Position numbers and translations under genes: made by a program. DNA of 64,000 bases from Acidilobaceae archaeon (GTDB taxonomy: Archaea; Thermoproteota; Thermoprotei_A; Sulfolobales; Acidilobaceae). Positions 30,914 through 40,223 of this stretch are shown piece by piece. A model generated the notes under the pieces. That model was not told the origin of the DNA. It saw only the letters and a list, made by a program, of their open reading frames with translations, and did not search any database. The stretch spans positions 95,358 to 159,357 of the forward strand of contig JAWBBK010000001.1 of NCBI GenBank assembly GCA_038824665.1. Reading direction: 5' to 3'. The first letter of the stretch is position 1, and every line of letters starts with the position of its first letter.

Positions 30914-32137
30914 TTGAGAAATAGAGAGTGGCTGAAAGACCCTCTCTTAGCGGGTTGGCTTAGACTGTTTGAACGAGCTCTCACTGATGGGAGGGTTTTG
31001 GAGATCCCCAGTGCTCCTTTTCTTTTTAATCTTAAGGGTCTGAAGTCTGTAGATCTGCAAGGCGCTCCTTCAATTACGTGGATGTGGAGGCGATTCAGAG
31101 TTGACGTCAATGGCGGAGGTCTGTTAGCTGAAGGAGCTTTATCTCCTTCAGATGGTTTGGTCACAGAGTTTGAACATCTAGACACAGCTGAATTAGGTTT
31201 GGGCCTAGCTAAACAACTAGGACTTGAAGACAGTGAAGAAACATATTTTAATCCACTAGCCTGGAGACCTCGAGCTCCTATCCTATTACCTGAAGGGGCT
31301 CCAGCTCTGGGCGTTTGTTTAGAGACATCCTGGGGATCTGTCTCTTTGGGGGTCAACGCCGATCCTATATCTTTCGTCTCCACATCTAGTTGCATTAAGG
31401 CGCATGGGTTCCGAGAAGACGTTGAGGTCTCAATAGCGGGATTTAAGACTGTCTTAAAGGGAGAATCTCTCCAGACCTCTGGTTTGAAAGTCGTTAACAG
31501 TAGCGATTTCGTAGCTGGGATCTCAGGTTCAGTGTTAAGACTGTTTTCAAAACAAGGAACTGTGGAGTTCTCGAGCCAGTACTTCAACCCTAGGTTGAGT
31601 GTGCTTTACCCCTTCATATACTATCCTATGACGAACAGCAAAAGCGTTAGGGCTAACTCCGTTGTAGTTGAGGCTTTCAACTCCTCTTTGGCAATAGCTT
31701 CTTCTAAGCCGGTCGAGGTAGAGTTGAGACCAGGGGGGCTGATAGTACACTTCAGATCAGACCTCTTAATAGCTAGAGCTAGAGAGCATCAAGCTCTAAG
31801 TCTGCTTGTAGAGTCCATGGTCTCATGGAAACCCATCTCAGCTCTAGGTGGAGGAACTCTTTTCCATCCTAGAACATCTAAAGCCTTAGCGTATTTGATC
31901 GCTACAGACGCTCCTCACGTGATGCTTGTTGCTTACTGCATGTCTGACGAAGGCGGAGTCTTGGAGCTAAGGCTTCACAAAAAGTTAGAAAACGCACATC
32001 TCATAGACCCCTTAGCGTCAGAGGTCATACCCCTTAAGACTTTTGACAGTTTGCTGAGAATTCCTCTGCTTATGCCCTATACACATGTCTCTCTAAAGCT
32101 CGACGTTTCTAATAGATCTCTACGTAAGGGCAGATGA
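30914..32137 (+). CDS. Hypothetical protein (orphan, 407 aa)
   Basis: Longest ORF in this interval, with a TTG start and no recognisable motif. The 234-aa antisense ORF is Ser/Pro/Arg-rich and looks like a shadow. Confidence 0.45.
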   Translation: MRNREWLKDPLLAGWLRLFERALTDGRVLEIPSAPFLFNLKGLKSVDLQGAPSITWMWRRFRVDVNGGGLLAEGALSPSDGLVTEFEHLDTAELGLGLAKQLGLEDSEETYFNPLAWRPRAPILLPEGAPALGVCLETSWGSVSLGVNADPISFVSTSSCIKAHGFREDVEVSIAGFKTVLKGESLQTSGLKVVNSSDFVAGISGSVLRLFSKQGTVEFSSQYFNPRLSVLYPFIYYPMTNSKSVRANSVVVEAFNSSLAIASSKPVEVELRPGGLIVHFRSDLLIARAREHQALSLLVESMVSWKPISALGGGTLFHPRTSKALAYLIATDAPHVMLVAYCMSDEGGVLELRLHKKLENAHLIDPLASEVIPLKTFDSLLRIPLLMPYTHVSLKLDVSNRSLRKGR

Positions 32138-32632
32138 GGATAAGACTTCGTAATAAGTTATTACTCCGAGCTCGTCTACGACAGCCAAGACGGGCGTGTG
32201 ATTTGAGGCTTGAACGAGTCTAGCCCATTCCACTAGGTCTCCAAGTCTCACCTTACTGCCGGCTTCTAACACCAAGATCTCGATCTTCTTGCCCGACCTC
32301 TCTAACATCAAATTGGACCTAGGGTAGGGACTCGTCCTAACTGGTCTGCCCTTTCTTCTCAAGTCGTGATAAACTAAAAAGACAGAGAGCTTCACATTTA
32401 TCTTGTTGAGCAGTTTCGTAACAGCGTTCCAACCGATTTCGTTTTCATAGACAGAGTTTCCTAAAGCCAGCTGATAGAGAGCCTCTAGTTTGTCTAGAGT
32501 GTAGTCTGGACCCATTAGGTTGCTCTCTCTGAGACTTGAACAAATGTTCGCGGCCTCTTCACAGTTCACGGCTCTGAGCGTTCCTTCGCTTAAGACTATG
32601 ACTAGAGGTCTCTCTCTGGTCTTTTTACTCAT
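32120..32632 (-). CDS. endA: tRNA-splicing endonuclease family subunit (EndA-like; probably the non-catalytic structural subunit)
   Basis: LVYHDLRRKGRPVR and C-terminal VLAVVDELGVITYYEV match the EndA fold. The catalytic Tyr/His/Lys positions seen in homotetrameric EndA are not recognisable. Confidence 0.6.
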   Translation of the reverse strand: MSKKTRERPLVIVLSEGTLRAVNCEEAANICSSLRESNLMGPDYTLDKLEALYQLALGNSVYENEIGWNAVTKLLNKINVKLSVFLVYHDLRRKGRPVRTSPYPRSNLMLERSGKKIEILVLEAGSKVRLGDLVEWARLVQASNHTPVLAVVDELGVITYYEVLSSSALT

Positions 32633-32696
32633 AGGTCTTCACGCAGAGATAAAAAGGAAGGCTTGAAGTCTTTAGCTTTAGCTAGCTTCTGAGGCT

Positions 32697-33800
32697 TTGG
32701 TGAGCTTAGTGAAGCATCTGCTCTCTGAGCTCAAATCTCTTGAGAAGTTCTTGAAGATCAAGCCTCTGTACTTCGATGTTGAGTCTATGGAATTCGTTTG
32801 GCTCGATACTACTCTTATCCCCTTTAAGGAGGTCTATAGGAGAACAAGAGACTACAGGAGAGTAGCTGAGGCTATTAAATCTATGGAGATAAGAGGAGCT
32901 CCTGCAATAGGCGTTGCAGCGGCTTTCGGAATGGCTCTTGCAGCTCATGAGTTCAGAAATATTAAGGACCTTCTTCCCTTTCTTGAAAACTTAGACAGAG
33001 CTAGGAAACACTTAGAGTCAACGAGACCTACTGCTGTTAATCTCTTTTGGGCTCTTTCAAGAGTTTGGGAAACAGTTAAAAAGAGAGATAACGAGAGTCC
33101 AGATAAAATAGCCGATATAGTCTTAGAAGAGGCGATCAAGATCTACATCGAAGATATAAAAACTAACATAGAGATCGGAAGAATAGGTTCTAGTCTAATT
33201 GAGAACAACCAAACAGTGCTAACGCATTGCAATACTGGAGCTCTAGCTACTGCAGGCTTTGGTACAGCGCTTGGCGTCATTAGATACGCCTGGTATGAAG
33301 GAAAGAACATTAAGGTTATAACTACAGAGACAAGACCCCTTCTTCAAGGAGCCAGACTTAATGCATGGGAACTCAAAAAAGAAGGAATACCGTTTAAGCT
33401 AATAGTAGACGGAGCAGTAGCGTACATGATGTCTAAAAAGATGGTCGACTTGGTTTTAGTAGGGGCAGACAGGATAGTGCTCACAGGGCATACCGCTAAC
33501 AAGATCGGGACCTTTCAAGTAGCGCTGGCAGCTTCTTATCACAAAGTGCCTTTCTACGTTGTGGCTCCTACGACCACAATAGATAAAGATCTAAACCCAG
33601 ACGAGATAGTGATAGAAGAAAGAAGCTCTGAGGAGGTTAAAAAAATCATGGGAACAACGTATATAACTTTAGAAGACGTTGAAGCTCTTAACCCCTCTTT
33701 TGATGTAACGCCTCCTGACCTGATAACAGGGTTTGTTACAGAAAGGGGGATCGTGAACAGACCGTTTGAGAAGAACCTACTTAAGGTTCTAAAGACTTAA
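32697..33800 (+). CDS. eIF-2B alpha/beta/delta-like isomerase (MtnA / ribose-1,5-bisphosphate isomerase family)
   Basis: IRGAPAIGVAAA, RPTAVNL, HCNTGALAT, ETRPLLQGARL and GADRI motifs. Confidence 0.85.
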   Translation: MVSLVKHLLSELKSLEKFLKIKPLYFDVESMEFVWLDTTLIPFKEVYRRTRDYRRVAEAIKSMEIRGAPAIGVAAAFGMALAAHEFRNIKDLLPFLENLDRARKHLESTRPTAVNLFWALSRVWETVKKRDNESPDKIADIVLEEAIKIYIEDIKTNIEIGRIGSSLIENNQTVLTHCNTGALATAGFGTALGVIRYAWYEGKNIKVITTETRPLLQGARLNAWELKKEGIPFKLIVDGAVAYMMSKKMVDLVLVGADRIVLTGHTANKIGTFQVALAASYHKVPFYVVAPTTTIDKDLNPDEIVIEERSSEEVKKIMGTTYITLEDVEALNPSFDVTPPDLITGFVTERGIVNRPFEKNLLKVLKT

Positions 33801-34783
33801 AGAGCGATCAGAACTACCATATCATCTATCAAAAACCTGTACAGCTTCCTCATCGAAGATTCTCTTATCTTTAGCACCTTAGCGATCTCGGCTTGGCTGA
33901 GGTCGAATCCGAAGAGTCTAGCTATTAAATAGATAGTAGCGGCAGCTACAGCTTCAGGTTTCTTTCCATAAAGACTCTTTCCGCTTTTCGTTACGGCTTT
34001 GAGGAAGTCCAAAGAGTAGCTCCTTATTTCCATAGGTAAACCGAATTCTTGGACAGCTTTAGTTATATATGTGTCTATCCTGTTGAGCATTCTCTCAGTT
34101 CCGGAAGTTGTAGAGTCGTTTCGAGACAGAGCTGAGAGAACTCCTGATTGGCTAAGCTTCATCTTCGCATTCCACATATCGAAGGCTTCTACTTCAAGTT
34201 TCTCAAGTATTTCTTGTTGAGAGACTCCCAGATTGTACTTCTCCACTATCTTGTGGATTATAGCAGCCATTATCGCTCTACCCTCTTTTGCGCTTGGAAC
34301 ACCTACTCTATTTGTGAACTCGTGGAGGAGATGGCCGGCTTCTTGGAGTTGAGCTGCGCTAAGTCCTAGCAGACTAGCGGCTTCTCGTAGCGTTTGAAAG
34401 AGTTGACTCTCCTGTCTTTCTCTTCTGCTCATAGCTAGTGCTCTGTGCTTTTTGACCAGTTGTCTCATAGCGACCATTTTCTCTTTCTTTAAAACGTTTC
34501 TCGTGCGTTTAGCGTAGATGTCGACGACTATTCCATAGGCGTGGTGAGAGTAGTCTACAGGACCACCGTGCCTCTTCGAGAACTTCCCGTCGTCTCTATA
34601 TATCCTCTCTGGGGCGCTACTGATAGTATTTTCTCCAAGGACCTCGCCCGTATCTGTACAGACCTCGTAGCCTTCGGGAGTCACGACTACGTTTTCACAA
34701 TGCTTTACTTCGTGAAGAGAACTCTCGTAGTAGTCTGAAGGTTCCTCTATGTATTCGTAGTCGAAGAGATATTCATCTTTCAC
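33797..34783 (-). CDS. tfb: Transcription factor B (TFIIB) paralog with a degenerate N-terminal zinc ribbon
   Basis: Two cyclin-fold repeats (GRAIMAAIIH..., AVAAATIYLIARL...SQAEIAKVL). The start is proposed at GTG 34783 because the longer ORF overlaps gar1. Confidence 0.75.
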   Translation of the reverse strand: MKDEYLFDYEYIEEPSDYYESSLHEVKHCENVVVTPEGYEVCTDTGEVLGENTISSAPERIYRDDGKFSKRHGGPVDYSHHAYGIVVDIYAKRTRNVLKKEKMVAMRQLVKKHRALAMSRRERQESQLFQTLREAASLLGLSAAQLQEAGHLLHEFTNRVGVPSAKEGRAIMAAIIHKIVEKYNLGVSQQEILEKLEVEAFDMWNAKMKLSQSGVLSALSRNDSTTSGTERMLNRIDTYITKAVQEFGLPMEIRSYSLDFLKAVTKSGKSLYGKKPEAVAAATIYLIARLFGFDLSQAEIAKVLKIRESSMRKLYRFLIDDMVVLIAL

Positions 34784-35024
34784 TGCTTCTCGACCTCCTC
34801 GATCTCTGTGCCTTTCGCTTTCTCTCCAACTCGTAATATAGCAGAGTTTGAGCGGAGATCTCGACGTCTTCTTCAAGTTTGACCACAGCATAAGGTCTCT
34901 CAACACTCCCTATCACATCGATCAGCTTACCCACATATTTGACTCTATCGTCATCTTTTATATAAACGCTTAAACCTAAAGGCAGAGGCTTCTTTCTAAA
35001 CATTGAGACTAACGTTAAGCCCAT
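34773..35024 (-). CDS. gar1: H/ACA RNP component Gar1
   Basis: KPLPLGLSVYIKDD-RVKYVGKLIDVIGSVERPYAVVK is the Gar1 beta-barrel signature. The start is ATG 35024 or 35003; the upstream part of the ORF is discounted. Confidence 0.75.
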   Translation of the reverse strand: MGLTLVSMFRKKPLPLGLSVYIKDDDRVKYVGKLIDVIGSVERPYAVVKLEEDVEISAQTLLYYELERKRKAQRSRRSRSSER

Positions 35025-35164
35025 TTTGGTAGTTTTCTCAAGACGTCCTAGGGGTTTGAGACGTTGTGAACTGAAGGAGAAGACCAAGAACAGCACCATA
35101 GAGCGTGAGTGTCTATCGCTAATAAGGTGTCCGAGTTCTAAGTAGATAAAAACATATTTAAGCA

Positions 35165-35881
35165 CTAGAGGTGCCAGTGGTTTCTATGTCTTTTGGCTTT
35201 GCCTTCTGCAACGCTTCTCACAAACTCTAACAGGTCCTCTTCGTAAGGGACTCCCACGAAGGCGAGCTGTCCGTTTATTGCCGTAGCCGGCACGGTCATT
35301 ACTCCATATTTATCGGCTATATCGGGGTTTTCAAAAGCCTCTATAGCTTCGGAGACGAACACTGGGTTGTTCTGTTTGTAGGCCTCGAAGGCGAACATAT
35401 GAGCTAAGAGCACAGAGTATGGACAATAGGGGCAGGGAGGAGTCACTATCGTTTCTATATGGATCGGCTTGTCTATAGCCTTTAGCTCTTTCTTAGTTCT
35501 AGGCGTTAACCCAGACTCGTTTTCGCTAATTCTCAAAATGGTCTCTACGAGAGCTCTGATCTCTTCTCCAGCTGGGATGCCTATCCACTTGATCCTGCCG
35601 CCGAGCAGAGAGACTGTAGGGACCCTCTGTACATTTTCAGCTATGAACTCTTCTCTGTTATCTTTATTGTCATAGTTTAAGATCTTCACCTTTAGAAGAG
35701 GACTGTCTCCGTGTTTGGGACTCGCTTCTTCGAAAAGCTTAAGTAATCTCACAGTGTCTCTACAGGTCTCACACGCTGAAGCAATAAATACCTTTACTTC
35801 TACGGGATTCCGCATGTCCGTTAGAGTTTCGGCTAGCTCTCTCTTGAACCTTTCAGAGAAGTCAATGCTGTAAAATTCCAT
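35165..35881 (-). CDS. Protein disulfide oxidoreductase (two thioredoxin-fold units)
   Basis: Two CxxC active sites (CETC and CPYC) in tandem glutaredoxin-like units. The start is set at ATG 35881 (MEFYSIDF). Confidence 0.8.
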   Translation of the reverse strand: MEFYSIDFSERFKRELAETLTDMRNPVEVKVFIASACETCRDTVRLLKLFEEASPKHGDSPLLKVKILNYDNKDNREEFIAENVQRVPTVSLLGGRIKWIGIPAGEEIRALVETILRISENESGLTPRTKKELKAIDKPIHIETIVTPPCPYCPYSVLLAHMFAFEAYKQNNPVFVSEAIEAFENPDIADKYGVMTVPATAINGQLAFVGVPYEEDLLEFVRSVAEGKAKRHRNHWHL

Positions 35882-36011
35882 CGGTAGCACCTCGGAGTGA
35901 GGTAGTATTAGAAGCTTAAAACTGACACTCTTTATAATTGTATGAGACAGGAAGATCGCTGTAGTCTTAGCTCTCAAGGGTTTTTTAAGAAGTGTTGCTA
36001 AAGAGAATGTC

Positions 36012-36902
36012 TTAGTAGATCTTTTCGATATGTAGTGAGAAATCAGCTTTGCTACAGACCTCACAAATCTCCTTGTCGCTTGGAGCTCCACAGAACGAGC
36101 AAAAGTGGTTGTAGCCTAGTCTGGAGACGCATATCTTTGCGATCTTCGTGTAGACGTTGTTGTAGCTGAATTCGAGATCGGGACCTCCTCTTAGTGCTTC
36201 GGCTAAAGTCTTGGATAGGACGAGATGCCCAAAGCCTGGTATGTCGAATTCTTCAAGTAGACCCAAAAGGTAAGCATAAGAGACTACAGCCTCTTCTTCA
36301 AGCGGGTACAACGCGTTTACTATGGTGATTTCGTTGGCTCTGTGTTCTGACATGACCTCGAGCAAGTTATCACACGACCGCCTTATCAAGGCCTCTCCTA
36401 CAAGCAGAAGGACTAGAGTTCTCGTTAGCGGAAACAAGACGAAGCTAGCCTTTAGTTCTCTAGAAACTCTTACGGCTGCATGTCTGCTCAACCTTAAGGT
36501 TTCGAATAAGTCCGTCGACAAGCTTTTTAGAGGTGGCGATAGACGGATCGAGAGAAGGCTCCACCTTTCATATCTAGCTAGGAGAGTGGTCAATCGTTCT
36601 ACGATCTTAGACGATATCTCTTCGTCCTCAGGATTGTCAAAGAGAGCTACATAAACGTGTGAATCATGCCCTCTCTTCGACTTAACGATAAGAGTAGCTA
36701 GTACTGTCGAGTGTATCGCTAGGTGAGCATAAATAGGGATTAGCACTCGAGAGGAGGGTCTGAGAACTTTCCATTGCCTAAGATGTTTTCTTATAGCCTT
36801 CTCTAGAGAAGACTCAAGGCAGGACTCACAAAGTCTCTCTCCGCTTGTTCTTCTATAATATCTAGCTGTCTTCACATTACATACATTACATACAGTCACC
36901 AT
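36012..36902 (-). CDS. TtuA/NcsA-like PP-loop-fold protein with degenerate ATP-binding motif
   Basis: An N-terminal CxxC...CxxC and a C-terminal CSFCG...CEVC zinc ribbon flank a ~220-aa core, which is the TtuA/NcsA architecture. No SGGxDS motif can be found. Confidence 0.35.
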   Translation of the reverse strand: MVTVCNVCNVKTARYYRRTSGERLCESCLESSLEKAIRKHLRQWKVLRPSSRVLIPIYAHLAIHSTVLATLIVKSKRGHDSHVYVALFDNPEDEEISSKIVERLTTLLARYERWSLLSIRLSPPLKSLSTDLFETLRLSRHAAVRVSRELKASFVLFPLTRTLVLLLVGEALIRRSCDNLLEVMSEHRANEITIVNALYPLEEEAVVSYAYLLGLLEEFDIPGFGHLVLSKTLAEALRGGPDLEFSYNNVYTKIAKICVSRLGYNHFCSFCGAPSDKEICEVCSKADFSLHIEKIY

Positions 36903-37071
36903 GACTTTAGCCTCCTCGTTAACAGTGAGCTTTCTTTAGTTAAGACTAAATAAAGGACTCTTGAAGCTACTGATAGTGGCAAACAGATATGCCATAAAAC
37001 TTTTTAGGCACTTCCGACTCTACTAACTTATATTAATCTTTCTAGGGATTAAAGAAGAGGCTAAGCAGGAG

Positions 37072-38745
37072 GTGGTCAGGATGGCTACTATTCCCGTACT
37101 GATACTAAAGGAAGGGGCTTCTAGAACTTACGGTAGAGAGGCTCTTAGAGCAAACATCTTGGCAGCTAAAGTAATGGCTGAGATCCTGAAAACTAGTCTT
37201 GGTCCTAGAGGACTCGATAAGATGTTGATAGACTCTTTCGGAGATATAACGGTTACTAACGATGGTGCCACAATAGTAAAGGAAATGGAGGTTCAACATC
37301 CTGCAGCCAAACTCCTAGTAGAAGTAGCTAAAGCTCAAGATGCAGAAGTGGGAGACGGAACGACATCCGTAGTAGTTCTTGCAGGAACTCTTCTCGAGAG
37401 AGCTGAGAGGTTGCTTGATGAGAACATTCATCCAGTAACCATTATTACTGGATACACTAAAGCTTTAAACGAAGCTTTAAAGATTTTAGACTCGATAGCT
37501 ATACCTATAAACCTCGATGACAAGACTACGTTGCATAACGTAGCTGATACTACTTTAGCCAGCAAGTATGTAGGTCATGGTCCAGAAAAGTCTAAGCTAA
37601 TCGATATAGTAATTGAGACGATCAAGATAATAGCTGAAAAGAGGTCTGATGGCGGTTACAACGTGGACTTAGACAATGTAAAAATAGAGAAAAAGAAAGG
37701 AGGAAGTCTCTTCGATTCTAAGATCGTACAAGGTATCGTTCTAGACAAAGAGGTAGTACATCCCGGCATGCCCAAGAGGGTAGAGAACGCTAAAATACTA
37801 GTGCTCGACGCTCCCTTAGAGATCCAGAAGCCAGATCTCACAACGAAGATAAGAGTGACAGATGTAGACCAACTAGAGAGATTCCTCGAAGAAGAGACCA
37901 AGATCCTTAGAGAGATGGTTGAGAAGATCGCTGAAACCGGAGCCAATGTGGTCATAACTCAGAAAGGTATTGATGAAGTAGCTCAGCACTTCCTGGCTAA
38001 GAAAGGAATACTAGCGGTCAGAAGAGTGAAGAGAAGCGATATAGAGAAGCTCGCTAGAGCTACGGGAGCTAGGATAGTGACGAGCTTAAGAGAGCTAAAG
38101 CCAGATCATCTAGGCTATGCTGCCCTTGTAGAAGAGAGGATGGTAGGAGAGGACAAGATGGTGTTCGTAGAAGGATGCAAGAATCCGAGAAGTGTGACTA
38201 TATTGCTTAGAGGGGCCAACGATATGATCCTTGACGAGGCTGAAAGAAACATTAAAGACGCTCTTCATGCTTTGAGGAACGTGATGAGAGAGCCTAAGAT
38301 CTTGCCTGGTGGCGGAGCAACAGAGATAGAACTCGCTCTAAGACTCAGAAGCTACGCTAGAACTGTAGGAGGGAAGGAGCAACTAGCAATTGAGGCTTTT
38401 GCTGACGCCCTTGAAGTGATACCTACAGTCTTAGCTGAAAGCGCTGGCTTAGATCCTCTTGATTCCCTTCTACAGCTAAGAAGCTTACATACTCAAGGTA
38501 ACCTCAAGGCAGGTGTGAACGTTCTCGGGGGCAAGATAGTTGAAGACATACTGACTCTTGGCGTCTTCGAACCTCTCCTAGTTAAGAAGCAAGTTGTGAA
38601 GAGCGCAGCAGAGGTAGCTATAAGCGTTCTTAAGATCGATGACATAATTGCAGCTGCTCCACCCAAGAAGGAAAAGGAGAAAGAGAAAGGAGAAAAAGAA
38701 GAAGAGGAAGAGAAGCCGTCTCCAGGTAAGCTAGACCTAGATTAA
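37072..38745 (+). CDS. ths: Thermosome subunit (group II chaperonin)
   Basis: [22 protein letters not shown] and VPGGGA motifs, with a Lys/Glu-rich C-terminal tail. Confidence 0.95.
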   Translation: MVRMATIPVLILKEGASRTYGREALRANILAAKVMAEILKTSLGPRGLDKMLIDSFGDITVTNDGATIVKEMEVQHPAAKLLVEVAKAQDAEVGDGTTSVVVLAGTLLERAERLLDENIHPVTIITGYTKALNEALKILDSIAIPINLDDKTTLHNVADTTLASKYVGHGPEKSKLIDIVIETIKIIAEKRSDGGYNVDLDNVKIEKKKGGSLFDSKIVQGIVLDKEVVHPGMPKRVENAKILVLDAPLEIQKPDLTTKIRVTDVDQLERFLEEETKILREMVEKIAETGANVVITQKGIDEVAQHFLAKKGILAVRRVKRSDIEKLARATGARIVTSLRELKPDHLGYAALVEERMVGEDKMVFVEGCKNPRSVTILLRGANDMILDEAERNIKDALHALRNVMREPKILPGGGATEIELALRLRSYARTVGGKEQLAIEAFADALEVIPTVLAESAGLDPLDSLLQLRSLHTQGNLKAGVNVLGGKIVEDILTLGVFEPLLVKKQVVKSAAEVAISVLKIDDIIAAAPPKKEKEKEKGEKEEEEEKPSPGKLDLD

Positions 38746-38853
38746 AGAACAGCTATCTCATTTAATATTTTGGCTTACATATTTCAGTGCGTTCTTTTTA
38801 GACCACATTTTTCGATAAAGTCTAGACAACATCTAGACTTTCAGGGAGAGACT

Positions 38854-39990
38854 ATGAGGATCGGTCTAGTGATGGATTGGCACCCTTCAAGCACCGGTGG
38901 CGTACAAAGTCATGTCAGATACCTTGCTCAGTGGCTCAGTAGAAGAGGTCATGAGGTCGTTTTGGTGTCGCGTCGTATCGGTGCTAGACATGACGATAGC
39001 ATTTCGACTCTCGAAAGCCTTGAAGTAGATTCTGTTTTGCCCATAGAGTCCTTATTCGTTCCTCCTAATCCTATCAGTCTCAGAGAGGTTTTGTCCAATC
39101 AGCGATTCGATGTTATACACTCCCATCACATTTTCACTCTTCTCCCTCTGATGAGCTTGAAAGTGGCTTGGAGTCTAGGAGTTCCAAGAGTTATAACGAA
39201 TCACACTCTCTTCTTCTTTCACGACTCAAGTATTTGGAACATGATATCCTATCTTACACCAACAAAATACTACTTAAGATATGCTCAAACCGTTATTTCA
39301 GTTAGTCAAGAGGGTCGGAAGTTTGTTGAGAATATCATTGGTGATAGAACGAATGTCAAGCACGTAGTAATTCCTAACGGTGTTGATTCAGAAAAATACA
39401 GCCCTCCAGAGAGAGAGCCAGAAGAAAACAGGATAGTTTTCGTTGGTAGACTCGTCCACAGGAAGGGGGTTCATGTTCTCATAAGTGCTATACCTCAGAT
39501 TCTGAACGAAGTGAGAGACCTAGAGGTGGTGATTGTAGGTGAAGGGTATATGAAAACTGTAGCAAACCTTCTTTCCAAACTCATCGGGGTCTCCAAAAGA
39601 GTCAAACTATTGGGATGGCTTCCTGAAAGTGAGAAGATTAAGGTCTTGAAGAATTCTAAGGTGGCAGTAGCTCCAAGCATATATAACGAGTGTTTCGGTA
39701 TAACAGCTATAGAAGCTATGGCTGTTGGGAGGCCGGTAGTTGCATCGAGAGTCGGAGGACTCAAAGAAGTTGTAGAGCACGGAGTTACAGGACTTCTAGT
39801 TTCACCCGGCTCTAAAAAGGAGCTAGTAGAGGCTGTAACTCTTTTGCTTCAGGACGAGAAGCTTAGAAGAGAGATGGGAAGAAGGGCTAGAGAGACTGTA
39901 GAGAAGAAATACTCGTGGAACGTAGTAGTTGAGGACATAATTAAGGTTTATGATGAAGTTATGAGTGAGACGAGAAGTAGAGGGTTTTAA
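38854..39990 (+). CDS. GT4-family (GT-B fold) glycosyltransferase
   Basis: MRIGLV...GGVQSHV N-domain and an EGFGITAIEAMA-like E-x7-E region (ECFGITAIEAMAVGRPVV). The start is set at ATG 38854. Confidence 0.8.
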   Translation: MRIGLVMDWHPSSTGGVQSHVRYLAQWLSRRGHEVVLVSRRIGARHDDSISTLESLEVDSVLPIESLFVPPNPISLREVLSNQRFDVIHSHHIFTLLPLMSLKVAWSLGVPRVITNHTLFFFHDSSIWNMISYLTPTKYYLRYAQTVISVSQEGRKFVENIIGDRTNVKHVVIPNGVDSEKYSPPEREPEENRIVFVGRLVHRKGVHVLISAIPQILNEVRDLEVVIVGEGYMKTVANLLSKLIGVSKRVKLLGWLPESEKIKVLKNSKVAVAPSIYNECFGITAIEAMAVGRPVVASRVGGLKEVVEHGVTGLLVSPGSKKELVEAVTLLLQDEKLRREMGRRARETVEKKYSWNVVVEDIIKVYDEVMSETRSRGF

Positions 39991-40223
39991 AAGAAGCACA
40001 GATAAGGTATGTCAGGACAGAAATCAAATCTTCAGAATGTTTGTATTTGTCTAAACATGTTCAAATTGAACTGTCTATCGCTATATTAATTTGTTTCTTC
40101 ATACCATAAACAGTTCGATAAGAAGTAGAACAAGAGAAACTGGCTACAGACGCTATGATTACTAACATCAACGTTTTAGCATTTAGGGAATAATATAGGC
40201 AAGTTAAGTAAATAGAAACTTCG

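Noticed and set aside
30883-31587. 234-aa minus-strand ORF overlapping the 407-aa orphan
   Set aside because: Its Ser/Pro/Arg-rich composition is typical of an antisense shadow frame. The plus-strand ORF is longer and has a more protein-like composition. Neither is independently confirmed.
34784-34906. Longer N-terminus of the TFB-like ORF, and the long 130-aa version of the gar1 ORF up to 35165
   Set aside because: The two long versions overlap each other heavily. Gar1 homology starts near residue 55 and TFB homology starts after the GTG at 34783.
35882-36091. 70-codon N-terminal extension of the disulfide oxidoreductase ORF, overlapping the upstream gene by 80 nt
   Set aside because: The thioredoxin-fold homology begins at the internal Met (MEFYSIDF, ATG 35881). 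The extension has no homology and creates an unlikely overlap.
38674-38745. Repetitive GAA/AAG-rich DNA at the end of the thermosome gene
   Set aside because: It encodes the Lys/Glu-rich flexible C-terminal tail common in group II chaperonins. This is low-complexity coding sequence, not a repeat element.
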